Of a stretch of DNA of 64,000 nucleotides, positions 9,126-17,955 are shown in pieces. The translations under genes were made by a program, and so were the position numbers. The stretch spans positions 4,807 through 68,806 of the forward strand of contig JBAZNZ010000007.1 of NCBI GenBank assembly GCA_041648975.1. Reading direction: 5' to 3'. The DNA comes from Candidatus Omnitrophota bacterium (GTDB taxonomy: Bacteria > Omnitrophota > Gorgyraeia > 2-01-FULL-45-10). Under the pieces are notes generated by a model. The model was not told the origin of the DNA. It did no database searches and saw nothing but the letters and a program-made list of their open reading frames with translations. Each line of letters starts with the position of its first letter. Positions within the stretch are counted from its first letter, which is position 1.

Positions 9126-9284
9126 CAATTTGTGCAGTAAAGAGTTGCGAATTTTTCGATCAAAAATGACCGGACAAATTGGACCCTACTTTGCAATCAC
9201 CACGTTATAGACAGGGTGCTTCGTAGGGCAAGCCCTCCTCCAAATTTTAGCGAGGAATAGACCTCTCTAAAACCGAAATTTTGC

Positions 9285-9312
9285 TTGTTTTCGCTAGTAA
9301 TTGCCCTATAAT
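9285..9312 (+). promoter_or_regulatory. Candidate sigma70 promoter (TTGTTT-16-TATAAT) for the SGNH-TPR gene
   Basis: Exact TATAAT at 9307-9312, with the -35-like hexamer 16 nt upstream. Confidence 0.35.
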
Positions 9313-9371
9313 ACGTACCTGGACAGATGCCGGAAATATCGATCCTGGCTTTTATGTTCTAAGAAATCTTT

Positions 9372-11060
9372 ATGAGCCGAAAAAATCAAACTGCAGTCAA
9401 AACATCATTCTTACAAAAAATAGCCCTGGTAATGTTTGGAGGATTTTTAACCATTGTGATCCTTGAAATAGGGTTGCGTTTGGGAGGGTTTGTATTATCA
9501 TCGATACAGGAGCGCAGGAACGAGGCCTCTGCCGCCAAAAAAGGGGCCTACCGTATTATGTGCCTGGGCGAATCTACAACCGCCGGTCAATATCCGGCAT
9601 TCCTGGGGGAGGAATTAAACCGGCGCAGTGCCGGCATGAAATTCAGCGTTATTGATAAAGGTATCGCCGGAACCAATACCTCGCATACGGTAGGCAGATT
9701 GGAGGCTGATCTGGAGGCCTATCATCCCAACATGGTCATTACTATGATGGGGATCAACGATGAAGGGCCGCATATGCCGAAAGAGAGCATTCCTTCTTCC
9801 AATTATTCCGACATGGCCGTTACTATGATGGGGATCAATGATAAAGAGCCGCATATACCGAAAGAGAAGATCTCCTATTCCAACATAAGCAATTTCTTAA
9901 GATCTTGCCGGGTCTACAAATTAATGCGGCTCCTGCAGCTGCATATAGCGTATAAACTTAAAGGCCGACGATCCGATCAATTAAAACCGGTATCCTCAGG
10001 TCTTCAAGATCCCCGCGAGGTGAACCGCCAAAAAATCGATGCATATTATAAGCTGGCCCGGCCTTATCTCAGTCAGGGAAAGGGTCCGGAGGCGGAAGAA
10101 TTATTCCAGAAGATAATCGCCGCCAATCCGCGGGATGACATGGCCTATTATGTGTTGGGATGGGTCTACCTGAATCAGGATAAAAGCCTGGCCGCTATGT
10201 CCGCTTATCAGAAAGCCGTAGATCTTAATCCGCAAAACTGCTGGATATTTGATGAGCTGGGAGTGCTTTGTAAAGAGCGAGGGCAGATGGACAAGGCAGA
10301 GAAGATATTCACTCTGGCGGCTAACCTTAACCCCAAAGATGATTGGGTCTATAACGCGCTGGGATGGATATATTTGAATCAGGGCAAAGTTGTAGAGGCG
10401 GAGGAAGCTTATAAGAAAGCCGTTGTACTTAACCCGCAAGACGTAGAACTATATTATGCCTTAGGGTGGCTTTACCAAAAGCAGGGCAGGATCGCTGAGG
10501 TTGAGTCCTTATACCAAAGAGCCATAAAAGATAATCCTGAAGAAGACTGGGCTTATAGTGAGCTGGGTACGTTTTATATGGGTCAAGGCAAGTTAACCGA
10601 GGCGGAGAAATTATTTAAAAAGGCAGTTGAGCTTAGCCCGGAAAATGACCGGATCGCGGGGAATATGATATTGTTATATGAAAAAATGGGCAATACCCGG
10701 CTGGCTGAAGAATACAGAAAGAGAGCCGAATCGTTAGGATTAAATCATTTTCCCGCACACACAGCCGCCAATTACCGCAGCCTCAGAGCAACTCTGGCAA
10801 AAAAAGGCATAGTTTACGTTTGTATGCAGTATCCTATGCGTAATATCGATCCATTGAAAAAGATATTTCAAGGTCAGACGGAGGGTATCATTTTTATCGA
10901 TAATGAAAAGATGTTTAAAGATGCTCTCAAGCAAGGCAGTTATAGTGATTATTTTAAAGATATCTTTGGCGGAGACTTCGGGCATTGCACGGACAAGGGC
11001 AATAAGCTGATTGCCCGGAATCTATCTGATATTATTTTAAAAGACGGTTTTAATAAATAG
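9372..11060 (+). CDS. Membrane-anchored SGNH/GDSL-type hydrolase whose catalytic blocks are split by a tetratricopeptide-repeat array of about 8 TPRs
   Basis: N-terminal TM helix; block I CLGESTTAG; block II GIAGTNTS; block III GINDEG (duplicated); then TPR repeats (AYYVLGWVYLNQ...); then block V GGDFGHCTDKGN (DxxH) at the C-terminus. Confidence 0.6.
   Translation: MSRKNQTAVKTSFLQKIALVMFGGFLTIVILEIGLRLGGFVLSSIQERRNEASAAKKGAYRIMCLGESTTAGQYPAFLGEELNRRSAGMKFSVIDKGIAGTNTSHTVGRLEADLEAYHPNMVITMMGINDEGPHMPKESIPSSNYSDMAVTMMGINDKEPHIPKEKISYSNISNFLRSCRVYKLMRLLQLHIAYKLKGRRSDQLKPVSSGLQDPREVNRQKIDAYYKLARPYLSQGKGPEAEELFQKIIAANPRDDMAYYVLGWVYLNQDKSLAAMSAYQKAVDLNPQNCWIFDELGVLCKERGQMDKAEKIFTLAANLNPKDDWVYNALGWIYLNQGKVVEAEEAYKKAVVLNPQDVELYYALGWLYQKQGRIAEVESLYQRAIKDNPEEDWAYSELGTFYMGQGKLTEAEKLFKKAVELSPENDRIAGNMILLYEKMGNTRLAEEYRKRAESLGLNHFPAHTAANYRSLRATLAKKGIVYVCMQYPMRNIDPLKKIFQGQTEGIIFIDNEKMFKDALKQGSYSDYFKDIFGGDFGHCTDKGNKLIARNLSDIILKDGFNK
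9732..9893 (+). repeat. Imperfect in-frame tandem duplication of 2 x 81 bp inside the SGNH-TPR CDS
   Basis: Unit 1 at 9732-9812 encodes MVITMMGINDEGPHMPKESIPSSNYSD. Unit 2 at 9813-9893 encodes MAVTMMGINDKEPHIPKEKISYSNISN. About 75% of nucleotides are identical. Confidence 0.85.
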
Positions 11061-11098
11061 TTTTAATGAAACGAATAAAATAAGAAGGAGATTAACGC

Positions 11099-12355
11099 AT
11101 GGGAGCCGTAATAAAAAAATGGACGTCAAGAATTCTAGCAATTATTTTTTTGATGGCAGTGCTATCGATCCAGGGTTGCGCTACTCTGCGTCCGCGGAAT
11201 GCGGTCCCCTTAGACTTTGACGGAAAAGTCACGATTAGCGGCATGCCGGATATCCGCACCGATATAGACAACCCCGATCCTATCGTTATGCAGAAGAGCC
11301 TGGTCGATTCATTTAAACAGGAAGATAAAGATGCTTATCCCTCGAGTGGGTCCGGCGTAAAGATATATCCCGTGCTGGCTATCTCAGGCGGCGGGGCTAA
11401 CGGCGCCTATGGCGCAGGGCTATTAAAAGGGTGGTCAGAAGAAGGTTCGCGGCCGCTCTTTAAGATAATCACAGGAGTCAGCTCCGGGTCGATAATCGCT
11501 TTATATACGTTTTTAGGAAAAGAGTATGATGAGGCGCTTGAAAAATTTTTTACTACGATGTCAACCAAAGACATAATGAAACAAAAAAACTTCTTCAGCA
11601 TCATGTTAGGGGATTCTCTGTTTAGTTCCGCTCCGCTGGCCAAAAAGATCTCGGCAATCGTAGACGGAAAGTTGATGACAAAAGTCGCCGAAGAACACAA
11701 GCGCGGCCGCAGGCTATTTGTGGGGACCGTAAATCTCGACGCGCAGGAATTTGTCGTCTGGGACATGGGAGCGCTGGCTTGTAAGGGCGGCTCCGATTCG
11801 CTTCTGATGTTCAGAAAGATCATTTTAGCCTCATGCTCGCTGCCAATGACGTTTTCTCCGGTGCATTTTAAGGTTTCTGACGTAACCGGTGAGCTTTATG
11901 ATGAGATGCATGTCGATGGCGGAACAATAAGAGGAGTCTTTTATATAAACCGGCTGACGAAAAATATGGAAGGAGCAGCTAAGCTCTTTGGAATCGATCC
12001 CTCAAAATACAGGCCGCAGATCTATATTTTAAGTAATACTTATATGTCGCCGATCAGGCAGCAGGTAAAAGACGATCTGGTAGGTATAAGTGTGCGTTCT
12101 CTTGATACGGTGGTGGCTGCGGCGAACAATGGGGACATTTACAGGCTCTATGCTACAGCGAAGAAAAGAGGCCTGGATTTCAATTTAGCGTATATTCCGT
12201 CTGATTTTAAGCCTGACCCAAAAGAGTTATTCGATAAAAAGGAGATGCAAAGACTCTTTAAACGCGGGTACGATGATGCGGTCAACGGATATGAGTGGCA
12301 TAAGACGCCGCCCGGATACGCGGCGGAGGAAGAGGGGCCGGAAAAGACCGAATAA
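11099..12355 (+). CDS. Patatin-like phospholipase, predicted lipoprotein
   Basis: Oxyanion GGGANGAYG, nucleophile GVSSGS (GxSxG), catalytic DGG (MHVDGG), and a signal peptide with a Cys lipobox-like site. Confidence 0.8.
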   Translation: MGAVIKKWTSRILAIIFLMAVLSIQGCATLRPRNAVPLDFDGKVTISGMPDIRTDIDNPDPIVMQKSLVDSFKQEDKDAYPSSGSGVKIYPVLAISGGGANGAYGAGLLKGWSEEGSRPLFKIITGVSSGSIIALYTFLGKEYDEALEKFFTTMSTKDIMKQKNFFSIMLGDSLFSSAPLAKKISAIVDGKLMTKVAEEHKRGRRLFVGTVNLDAQEFVVWDMGALACKGGSDSLLMFRKIILASCSLPMTFSPVHFKVSDVTGELYDEMHVDGGTIRGVFYINRLTKNMEGAAKLFGIDPSKYRPQIYILSNTYMSPIRQQVKDDLVGISVRSLDTVVAAANNGDIYRLYATAKKRGLDFNLAYIPSDFKPDPKELFDKKEMQRLFKRGYDDAVNGYEWHKTPPGYAAEEEGPEKTE

Positions 12356-12452
12356 ATAGATATAGGTACGGAAGTGCTTGCAAACATGACGGAAAAGGAG
12401 TAAGCTATTTACGGGTCTGGGGGAATATCCCCGGAGGATCATTGATGGTCGG

Positions 12453-12489
12453 GCCGCCATCTGATAAAAAATCAGATGGCGGCTTTTTT
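12453..12489 (+). terminator. Rho-independent terminator after the patatin gene
   Basis: A 12-bp stem GCCGCCATCTGA/TCAGATGGCGGC with loop TAAAAAA, followed by TTTTTT. Confidence 0.6.
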
Positions 12490-12502
12490 AATAGGAGGCA
12501 AA

Positions 12503-13564
12503 ATGGATCTAAATATTATGGAACGGGTATTTTTCGGCAATCGTGTTTTTGATTATATTGTTGCTTTGTCAGCGCTGGCCGTGAGCCTGCTGTTTGTTAG
12601 AGTGGTTATCCGCTTCTTCATAAAGCGCCTTAAAAAATTAGCGGAAAGGACGGCCACTACAATCGACGATTTCCTGATAAAGGCGCTTGAGAAGATCGCC
12701 CTGCCGGCATTATACGTCAGCTGCTTCTATGTAAGCGCCAAGATATTAAAATTACCTTCCGGCGCCGATGTCCTGATCAACGCGCTGGAGATGATTATCA
12801 TCACTTTTTTTGCCGCCCGCATAGTGGTTATGCTTGCCGGTTGGGGTATTAACATATATCTTGCTAAAAATAAGCAAGATCCTACGGTGGTGCGCAGCTT
12901 TGAAGGTCTGTTATGGGTAGTTAAATATCTGATTTGGGTTCTGGCGGTTATAATTCTCTTAGATAATCTTGGTTATAAAGTTTCTACACTGATTGCCGGA
13001 TTGGGAATAGGCGGCATTGCGGTGGCTATAGCCGCGCAGGCGTTACTAAAAGATTTCTTCAGTTATTTTTCTATAGTGTTTGACCGCCCATTCAAAATAG
13101 GGGATTTTATAATTATAGGCGACTTTATGGGTACCGTTGAGTACATAGGGATAAAAACCACACGCATACGCAGCCTGGGCGGTGAACAGGTGATATTTTC
13201 CAATACCGACCTTACGGACTCGCGAGTGCGTAATTACAAGCTTATGGAGAAGAGGCGGGTTTTATTCCGTATAGGCGTTACGTATCAGGCTTCTCTTGGC
13301 CAATTAAAGGAAATCCCGAAAATTATTGAGAATATAATTAAAAATACTAAAGACGCGGCCTTTGACCGGGCGCACTTTTTTAGTTATGGGGATTTCAGCC
13401 TTATATTCGAAGTGGTCTATTTCGTTCTGGACGCCGATTACAATAAATATATGGATATCCAGCAGGAGATAAATTTCGCGATCAAGGAAGCGTTTGAAAA
13501 GCGGGGGATAGAGTTTGCCTATCCTACCCAGACTCTCTATGTGAACAAAACCGGCAGTTCTTAA
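12503..13564 (+). CDS. Small-conductance mechanosensitive channel (MscS family)
   Basis: TM3 and beta-domain signature LIAGLGIGGIAVAIAAQ...PFKIGDFI. The start was chosen at the ATG preceded by AGGAGG; the upstream in-frame ATG at 12476 lies inside the terminator. Confidence 0.8.
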   Translation: MDLNIMERVFFGNRVFDYIVALSALAVSLLFVRVVIRFFIKRLKKLAERTATTIDDFLIKALEKIALPALYVSCFYVSAKILKLPSGADVLINALEMIIITFFAARIVVMLAGWGINIYLAKNKQDPTVVRSFEGLLWVVKYLIWVLAVIILLDNLGYKVSTLIAGLGIGGIAVAIAAQALLKDFFSYFSIVFDRPFKIGDFIIIGDFMGTVEYIGIKTTRIRSLGGEQVIFSNTDLTDSRVRNYKLMEKRRVLFRIGVTYQASLGQLKEIPKIIENIIKNTKDAAFDRAHFFSYGDFSLIFEVVYFVLDADYNKYMDIQQEINFAIKEAFEKRGIEFAYPTQTLYVNKTGSS

Positions 13565-13585
13565 AGTAAGCGAAAGGAGTTTGTT

Positions 13586-14575
13586 ATGGAATGGCAAAAT
13601 GCTCCTACCCCCGAGGAAATAATCGACGTGGGCAGGAAAAAATTTCTCAATTACGTTAAATATATACCCTGGATAATTCTCGGTTTTCTTGCCGTCATAG
13701 GCCTGGCGGGAGCCATATATTCGATAGGGCCGGATGAAGTAGGGGTAATTCAACGGTTTGGTAAGTACATCAGGTTGAGCTCTCCCGGATTGCACGCGAA
13801 GGTCCCGTTCGGCATAGAGAAAGTTACGCCGATCAAGGTAGAGAAAATTTTTAAAGAAGAATTCGGGACAGGAAAAGAAAGTATTTCCTTCGGGGTTGTT
13901 TTAACCGGAAACAAAGATGAGACTTTGATGCTTACGGGCGATCTTAATATACTTGATGTGCGCTGGATAGTGCAATACAAGATAAAAGATCCTATAAAAT
14001 TCCTTTTTGTTGTACGCAATCCGCAAAATGTTATACGGGATGTTTCCGAAGTGGTTATGCGCCGCCTGGTGGGAGATTACAGCGTTGATGAAGTCCTGAC
14101 GATCAAAAGAGAAGAAATAGACCACCTGGCTCAGGTCGAAACACAGAAGATATTAGATGATTACCAGACAGGGGTCCAGGTTGTAACAATCAAGCTGTTG
14201 GATGTTAATCCTCCGGATACCGTAAAGCCTGCCTTTAACGAAGTAAATGAGGCGAAACAGGAGAAAGAGAAGATGATCAACCAGGCCTGGGAGGCGTATA
14301 ATAAGGTGGTCCCCAAAGCCAGGGGCGAAGCGGAGCGCACGATCCGTGAAGCGGAAGGATATTCTCTTGATAAAATAAACAGGGCTAAGGGCGAGGCGGA
14401 TAGATTTTTAGCTACTCTGGCCGAATATAAAAATGCGCCGGAGATAACCCAAAAGAGACTGTATCTTGAAACACTAAATGAAGTTTTGCCTAAAGTAAAA
14501 AATAAGTATATTATCGATCCGCGGCAATCTTCCATACTGCCGTTAATGGACATAGGCAAGAAGGGAGGCGAGTAA
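13586..14575 (+). CDS. hflK: FtsH protease modulator HflK (SPFH/band-7)
   Basis: N-terminal TM, VGVIQRFGKY, an SPFH domain and a C-terminal coiled coil. It is adjacent to hflC. Confidence 0.8.
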   Translation: MEWQNAPTPEEIIDVGRKKFLNYVKYIPWIILGFLAVIGLAGAIYSIGPDEVGVIQRFGKYIRLSSPGLHAKVPFGIEKVTPIKVEKIFKEEFGTGKESISFGVVLTGNKDETLMLTGDLNILDVRWIVQYKIKDPIKFLFVVRNPQNVIRDVSEVVMRRLVGDYSVDEVLTIKREEIDHLAQVETQKILDDYQTGVQVVTIKLLDVNPPDTVKPAFNEVNEAKQEKEKMINQAWEAYNKVVPKARGEAERTIREAEGYSLDKINRAKGEADRFLATLAEYKNAPEITQKRLYLETLNEVLPKVKNKYIIDPRQSSILPLMDIGKKGGE

Positions 14576-14577
14576 CA

Positions 14578-15534
14578 ATGAAACGCACAGCGATAGGTAT
14601 AGTTTTAGGGCTTAGCACAACAATAATTATTTTTGTAGCCCTCGCGCTTGCGAGCGGCGCGTTATACATAGTGGACGAGACAAAGCAGGTGGTGATTACC
14701 CAGTTCGGTAAGCCTGTAGGCGATCCCATAACATCCGCGGGATTATATTTCAAACTACCGTTTATCCAGGATGCTCATTATTTTGAAAAGAGGCTCCTGG
14801 AATGGGATGGAGATCCCAACCAGATACCCACAAAAGACAAAAAATATATCTGGGTAGATACTATGGCGCGGTGGAAGATAGTGGATGCCCTTAAGTTCCT
14901 GCAGTCCGTAGGCAACGAATTAAGCGCCAATAGCCGTTTGGACGATATCATTAATTCAGCCACGCGCGATGCCGTTACGAACCATTTATTAGTCGAGGCG
15001 GTCAGGGATTCAAACCGCATATTAGAAACAAAGGAGCTCGGAGAAGACGCCATTGTCAGCGAAGAGGCGATGGAACATATTGAAGTAGGAAGGCAGCATT
15101 TGACGCGCTTGATACTGGATAAAGCAAAGGTGCTCGCCCCTCAATACGGCATCGAGATCCAGGATGTGCGCATAAAGCGGGTAAATTATGTGGAAGAAGT
15201 GCGTAATAAAGTATATGACAGGATGATCGCCGAGCGAAAGCGCGCGGCCGAGAAATATCGGTCGGAGGGTCAGGGGAAATCCGCCGAGATCGAGGGGCAG
15301 ACGGGAAAAGAGTTAAAGCTGATCACCTCGGAAGCCTACAGGCAGGCTCAATCTCTTGTGGGAAAGGCAGATGCCGAGGCGATCAATATATACGCACAGG
15401 CGTATTCGCAGAATCCGGAGTTTTATTCTTTCCTTAAAACTACAGAGACTTACAAAAACACTATTGACGCCGGTTCTACCATAATCCTGACCACAGATAG
15501 TGATTATTACAGGTATTTGAAAGGTCTTAAATAG
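14578..15534 (+). CDS. hflC: FtsH protease modulator HflC (SPFH/band-7)
   Basis: TM plus SPFH domain, with an HflC-like C-terminal coiled coil. Confidence 0.8.
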   Translation: MKRTAIGIVLGLSTTIIIFVALALASGALYIVDETKQVVITQFGKPVGDPITSAGLYFKLPFIQDAHYFEKRLLEWDGDPNQIPTKDKKYIWVDTMARWKIVDALKFLQSVGNELSANSRLDDIINSATRDAVTNHLLVEAVRDSNRILETKELGEDAIVSEEAMEHIEVGRQHLTRLILDKAKVLAPQYGIEIQDVRIKRVNYVEEVRNKVYDRMIAERKRAAEKYRSEGQGKSAEIEGQTGKELKLITSEAYRQAQSLVGKADAEAINIYAQAYSQNPEFYSFLKTTETYKNTIDAGSTIILTTDSDYYRYLKGLK

Positions 15535-15542
15535 AGGACAGT

Positions 15543-15644
15543 ATGATAATTGTGCGGCTGGTATTTATCGGATTCCTGCTCGGGATCGGGATTTATCTTG
15601 GATTCGTTGTTATGAAATGGGTTACCGTGTTACTGAAGCGGTGA
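15543..15644 (+). CDS. 33-codon hydrophobic small ORF downstream of hflC (MIIVRLVFIGFLLGIGIYLGFVVMKWVTVLLKR)
   Basis: The ATG lies 9 nt after the hflC stop, and the ORF encodes a single predicted TM helix. There is no homology support. Confidence 0.25.
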   Translation: MIIVRLVFIGFLLGIGIYLGFVVMKWVTVLLKR

Positions 15645-15675
15645 ATAGGCGCAGGATAGAGATTGTGAAGGAATC

Positions 15676-17955
15676 ATGGCCAACGGTATTAAAAAAATAG
15701 CGTTTATAGGTAATTATCTTCCCAGGCATTGCGGTATAGCGACATTTACCACGGACCTATGCGAGACGTTTGCGGCTCAAAACCCGTCTATCCAGGTATT
15801 CGCGATACCTGTCACAGATATAGAAGAGGGTTACGATTATCCTGAACGGGTACGTTTCGAGATCAAGGAACAGGACATAGACTCATACAAAGCAGCCGCG
15901 GATTTTCTCAACCTTAATGATATCGACGTTGTCTGCCTTCAGCACGAATTCGGTATTTTTGGAGGCGACGCAGGCAGTTATATATTGGCGTTATTGCGCC
16001 AGCTGAAGATGCCGGTCATAACGACCCTTCATACGGTGCTGAAAAACCCTTCGGCGCGCCAAAGGCGCGTTATGGATGAATTGCTTGGCCTGTCCGATTA
16101 CGCGGTCGTAATGACGCAAAAAGCCGTCGATATCTTTCAGGCGGTAAATAAGCCGCATGAATCTAAGGTACGGCTGGTCCCGCACGGGATACCCGACGTT
16201 TCTTTTATCGACCCCAATTTCTACAAAGACCAGTATGGAGTCGAAGGCAAGACCACGCTCCTGACGTTCGGGCTCCTGGCTCCGCACAAAGGTATAGAGG
16301 TTGTTTTACGCGCGCTGCCTAAAGTCATAAAAGAATATCCGAATGCGGTATATATAGTCGTCGGCGCTACGCACCCCAATCTGTTAAGGCATGAAGGTGA
16401 AACCTACAGGATCTTCCTGCAGCGCCTTTGTGATGAGCTTAAGATCTCGAAGAATGTTATTTTCCATAACCGTTTTGTATCTCCCGAAGAGCTGGAAGAG
16501 CTGTTAGTGCTCGCCGATATTTACATTACCCCGTACCTTCAGGAATCGCAGATAGTCTCCGGGACGCTTGCCTATTCGTTCGGAGTGGGGAACGCGGTCA
16601 TCTCGACTCCATACTGGCATGCCGCCGAACTGCTCAGCGACGGCAGGGGTATCCTCGTGCCGTTTAATGATCCGGAAGCGATAGAGCAGGCGATCATAAG
16701 GCTTATCGGTAATGAAAACGAACGCAACATGATGCGTAAGAATGCTTATCTTTTAGGCCGCGATATGATATGGAGCAACGCGGCGTCAAAATATATGTCG
16801 ATCTTCGAAGAATCCAGGACGAAACATCCTTCCGCGATGACAAAGAAGAAAAAGATGTATTCTCTTGAACAGCAGGTTCCCGTATTGCCGGACATTAAAC
16901 TGGACCATCTTGTGAGGATGACCGATTCCATCGGGATCTTCCAGCATGCCACGTTCAATGTCCCTAACTTTTCCGAAGGTTATTGCACAGACGACAATGC
17001 GCGGGCGCTTATTCTCGCTGTGCTGCTTGAGAATCTTGGCACCATGAATCCGGTCAAGATCAATGATCTCGCGAGCCGCTATCTTGGATTTATCAGGTAT
17101 GCCTGGGATCCTTGCGCCGGCCGGTTCAGGAATTTTCTGACGTTCCAGCGAAATTGGAAAGAAGAGATGCCCAGCGAAGATTGCCATGGCAGGGCGCTGT
17201 GGGCTATCGGCACCTGCATCGGGCAATCCAAAAACGAAGGATTTGCGCAGATGCCGGTTGAATTTTTTGAAAAAGCCCTTACCTCTTCGGCGTCATTTAC
17301 TTCGCCGCGCGCATGGGCTTTTATATTGCTCGGGATACATGAATATCTGCAGCGCTTTCACGGAGACAGGCTTGCCCGTAATTATATGCAGACACTCGCC
17401 GCGCGGCTTCACGACCTTTACAAAGCAAACAGTGACGCGGGCTGGCTTTGGTTTGAAGCGTCTCTGACATATTGCGACGCCAAATTGCCGCATGCCCTTT
17501 TGTTAAGCGGGCATGATCTCGCTAACGAAGAGATGTTCAAGTCCGGTATAGAGGCTTTAAACTGGCTAACGAAGATACAGGCTTCGCCCCGCGGCCATTT
17601 TCAGCCGGTAGGCTCCGACGGCGAATACCGGCGCGGCGGTGTTAAACCCGCTTTTGACCAGCAGCCGATAGAAGCCTATGCCACCGTTTCAGCATGCCTC
17701 GAAGCTTATCGTATTACAAAAGATAAGATATGGTATAATAAGGCGTTAAACGCTTTTCAGTGGTTTCTTGGAAGCAATGATCTCGGTATTTCCTTATATG
17801 ACCCGGTGGCGGGCGGATGCTGTGACGGGCTTCACATCAACAGGGTGAATTGTAACCAGGGCGCCGAATCTACTCTTTCATTTCTTCTGTCCCTGACCGA
17901 AATGACACAGATGGAAAACATTCTCGAAAGCCTTAAGGAACCCCTGGAAGAATGA
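15676..17955 (+). CDS. Fusion of a GT4 glycosyltransferase (N-terminal about 400 aa) with an alpha/alpha-toroid glycosidase-like C-terminal domain
   Basis: A GT-B fold with IAFIGNYLPRHCGIATF and the E-x7-E region; the C-terminal half resembles six-hairpin glycoside hydrolases (GH63/amylo-alpha-1,6-glucosidase-like). Confidence 0.55.
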   Translation: MANGIKKIAFIGNYLPRHCGIATFTTDLCETFAAQNPSIQVFAIPVTDIEEGYDYPERVRFEIKEQDIDSYKAAADFLNLNDIDVVCLQHEFGIFGGDAGSYILALLRQLKMPVITTLHTVLKNPSARQRRVMDELLGLSDYAVVMTQKAVDIFQAVNKPHESKVRLVPHGIPDVSFIDPNFYKDQYGVEGKTTLLTFGLLAPHKGIEVVLRALPKVIKEYPNAVYIVVGATHPNLLRHEGETYRIFLQRLCDELKISKNVIFHNRFVSPEELEELLVLADIYITPYLQESQIVSGTLAYSFGVGNAVISTPYWHAAELLSDGRGILVPFNDPEAIEQAIIRLIGNENERNMMRKNAYLLGRDMIWSNAASKYMSIFEESRTKHPSAMTKKKKMYSLEQQVPVLPDIKLDHLVRMTDSIGIFQHATFNVPNFSEGYCTDDNARALILAVLLENLGTMNPVKINDLASRYLGFIRYAWDPCAGRFRNFLTFQRNWKEEMPSEDCHGRALWAIGTCIGQSKNEGFAQMPVEFFEKALTSSASFTSPRAWAFILLGIHEYLQRFHGDRLARNYMQTLAARLHDLYKANSDAGWLWFEASLTYCDAKLPHALLLSGHDLANEEMFKSGIEALNWLTKIQASPRGHFQPVGSDGEYRRGGVKPAFDQQPIEAYATVSACLEAYRITKDKIWYNKALNAFQWFLGSNDLGISLYDPVAGGCCDGLHINRVNCNQGAESTLSFLLSLTEMTQMENILESLKEPLEE

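Noticed and set aside
8645-9169. Three small + strand ORFs inside or after znuB (8645-8830, 8701-8937, 8879-9169)
   Set aside because: They are alternative frames of the permease gene or run through the terminator. None has a protein-like sequence.
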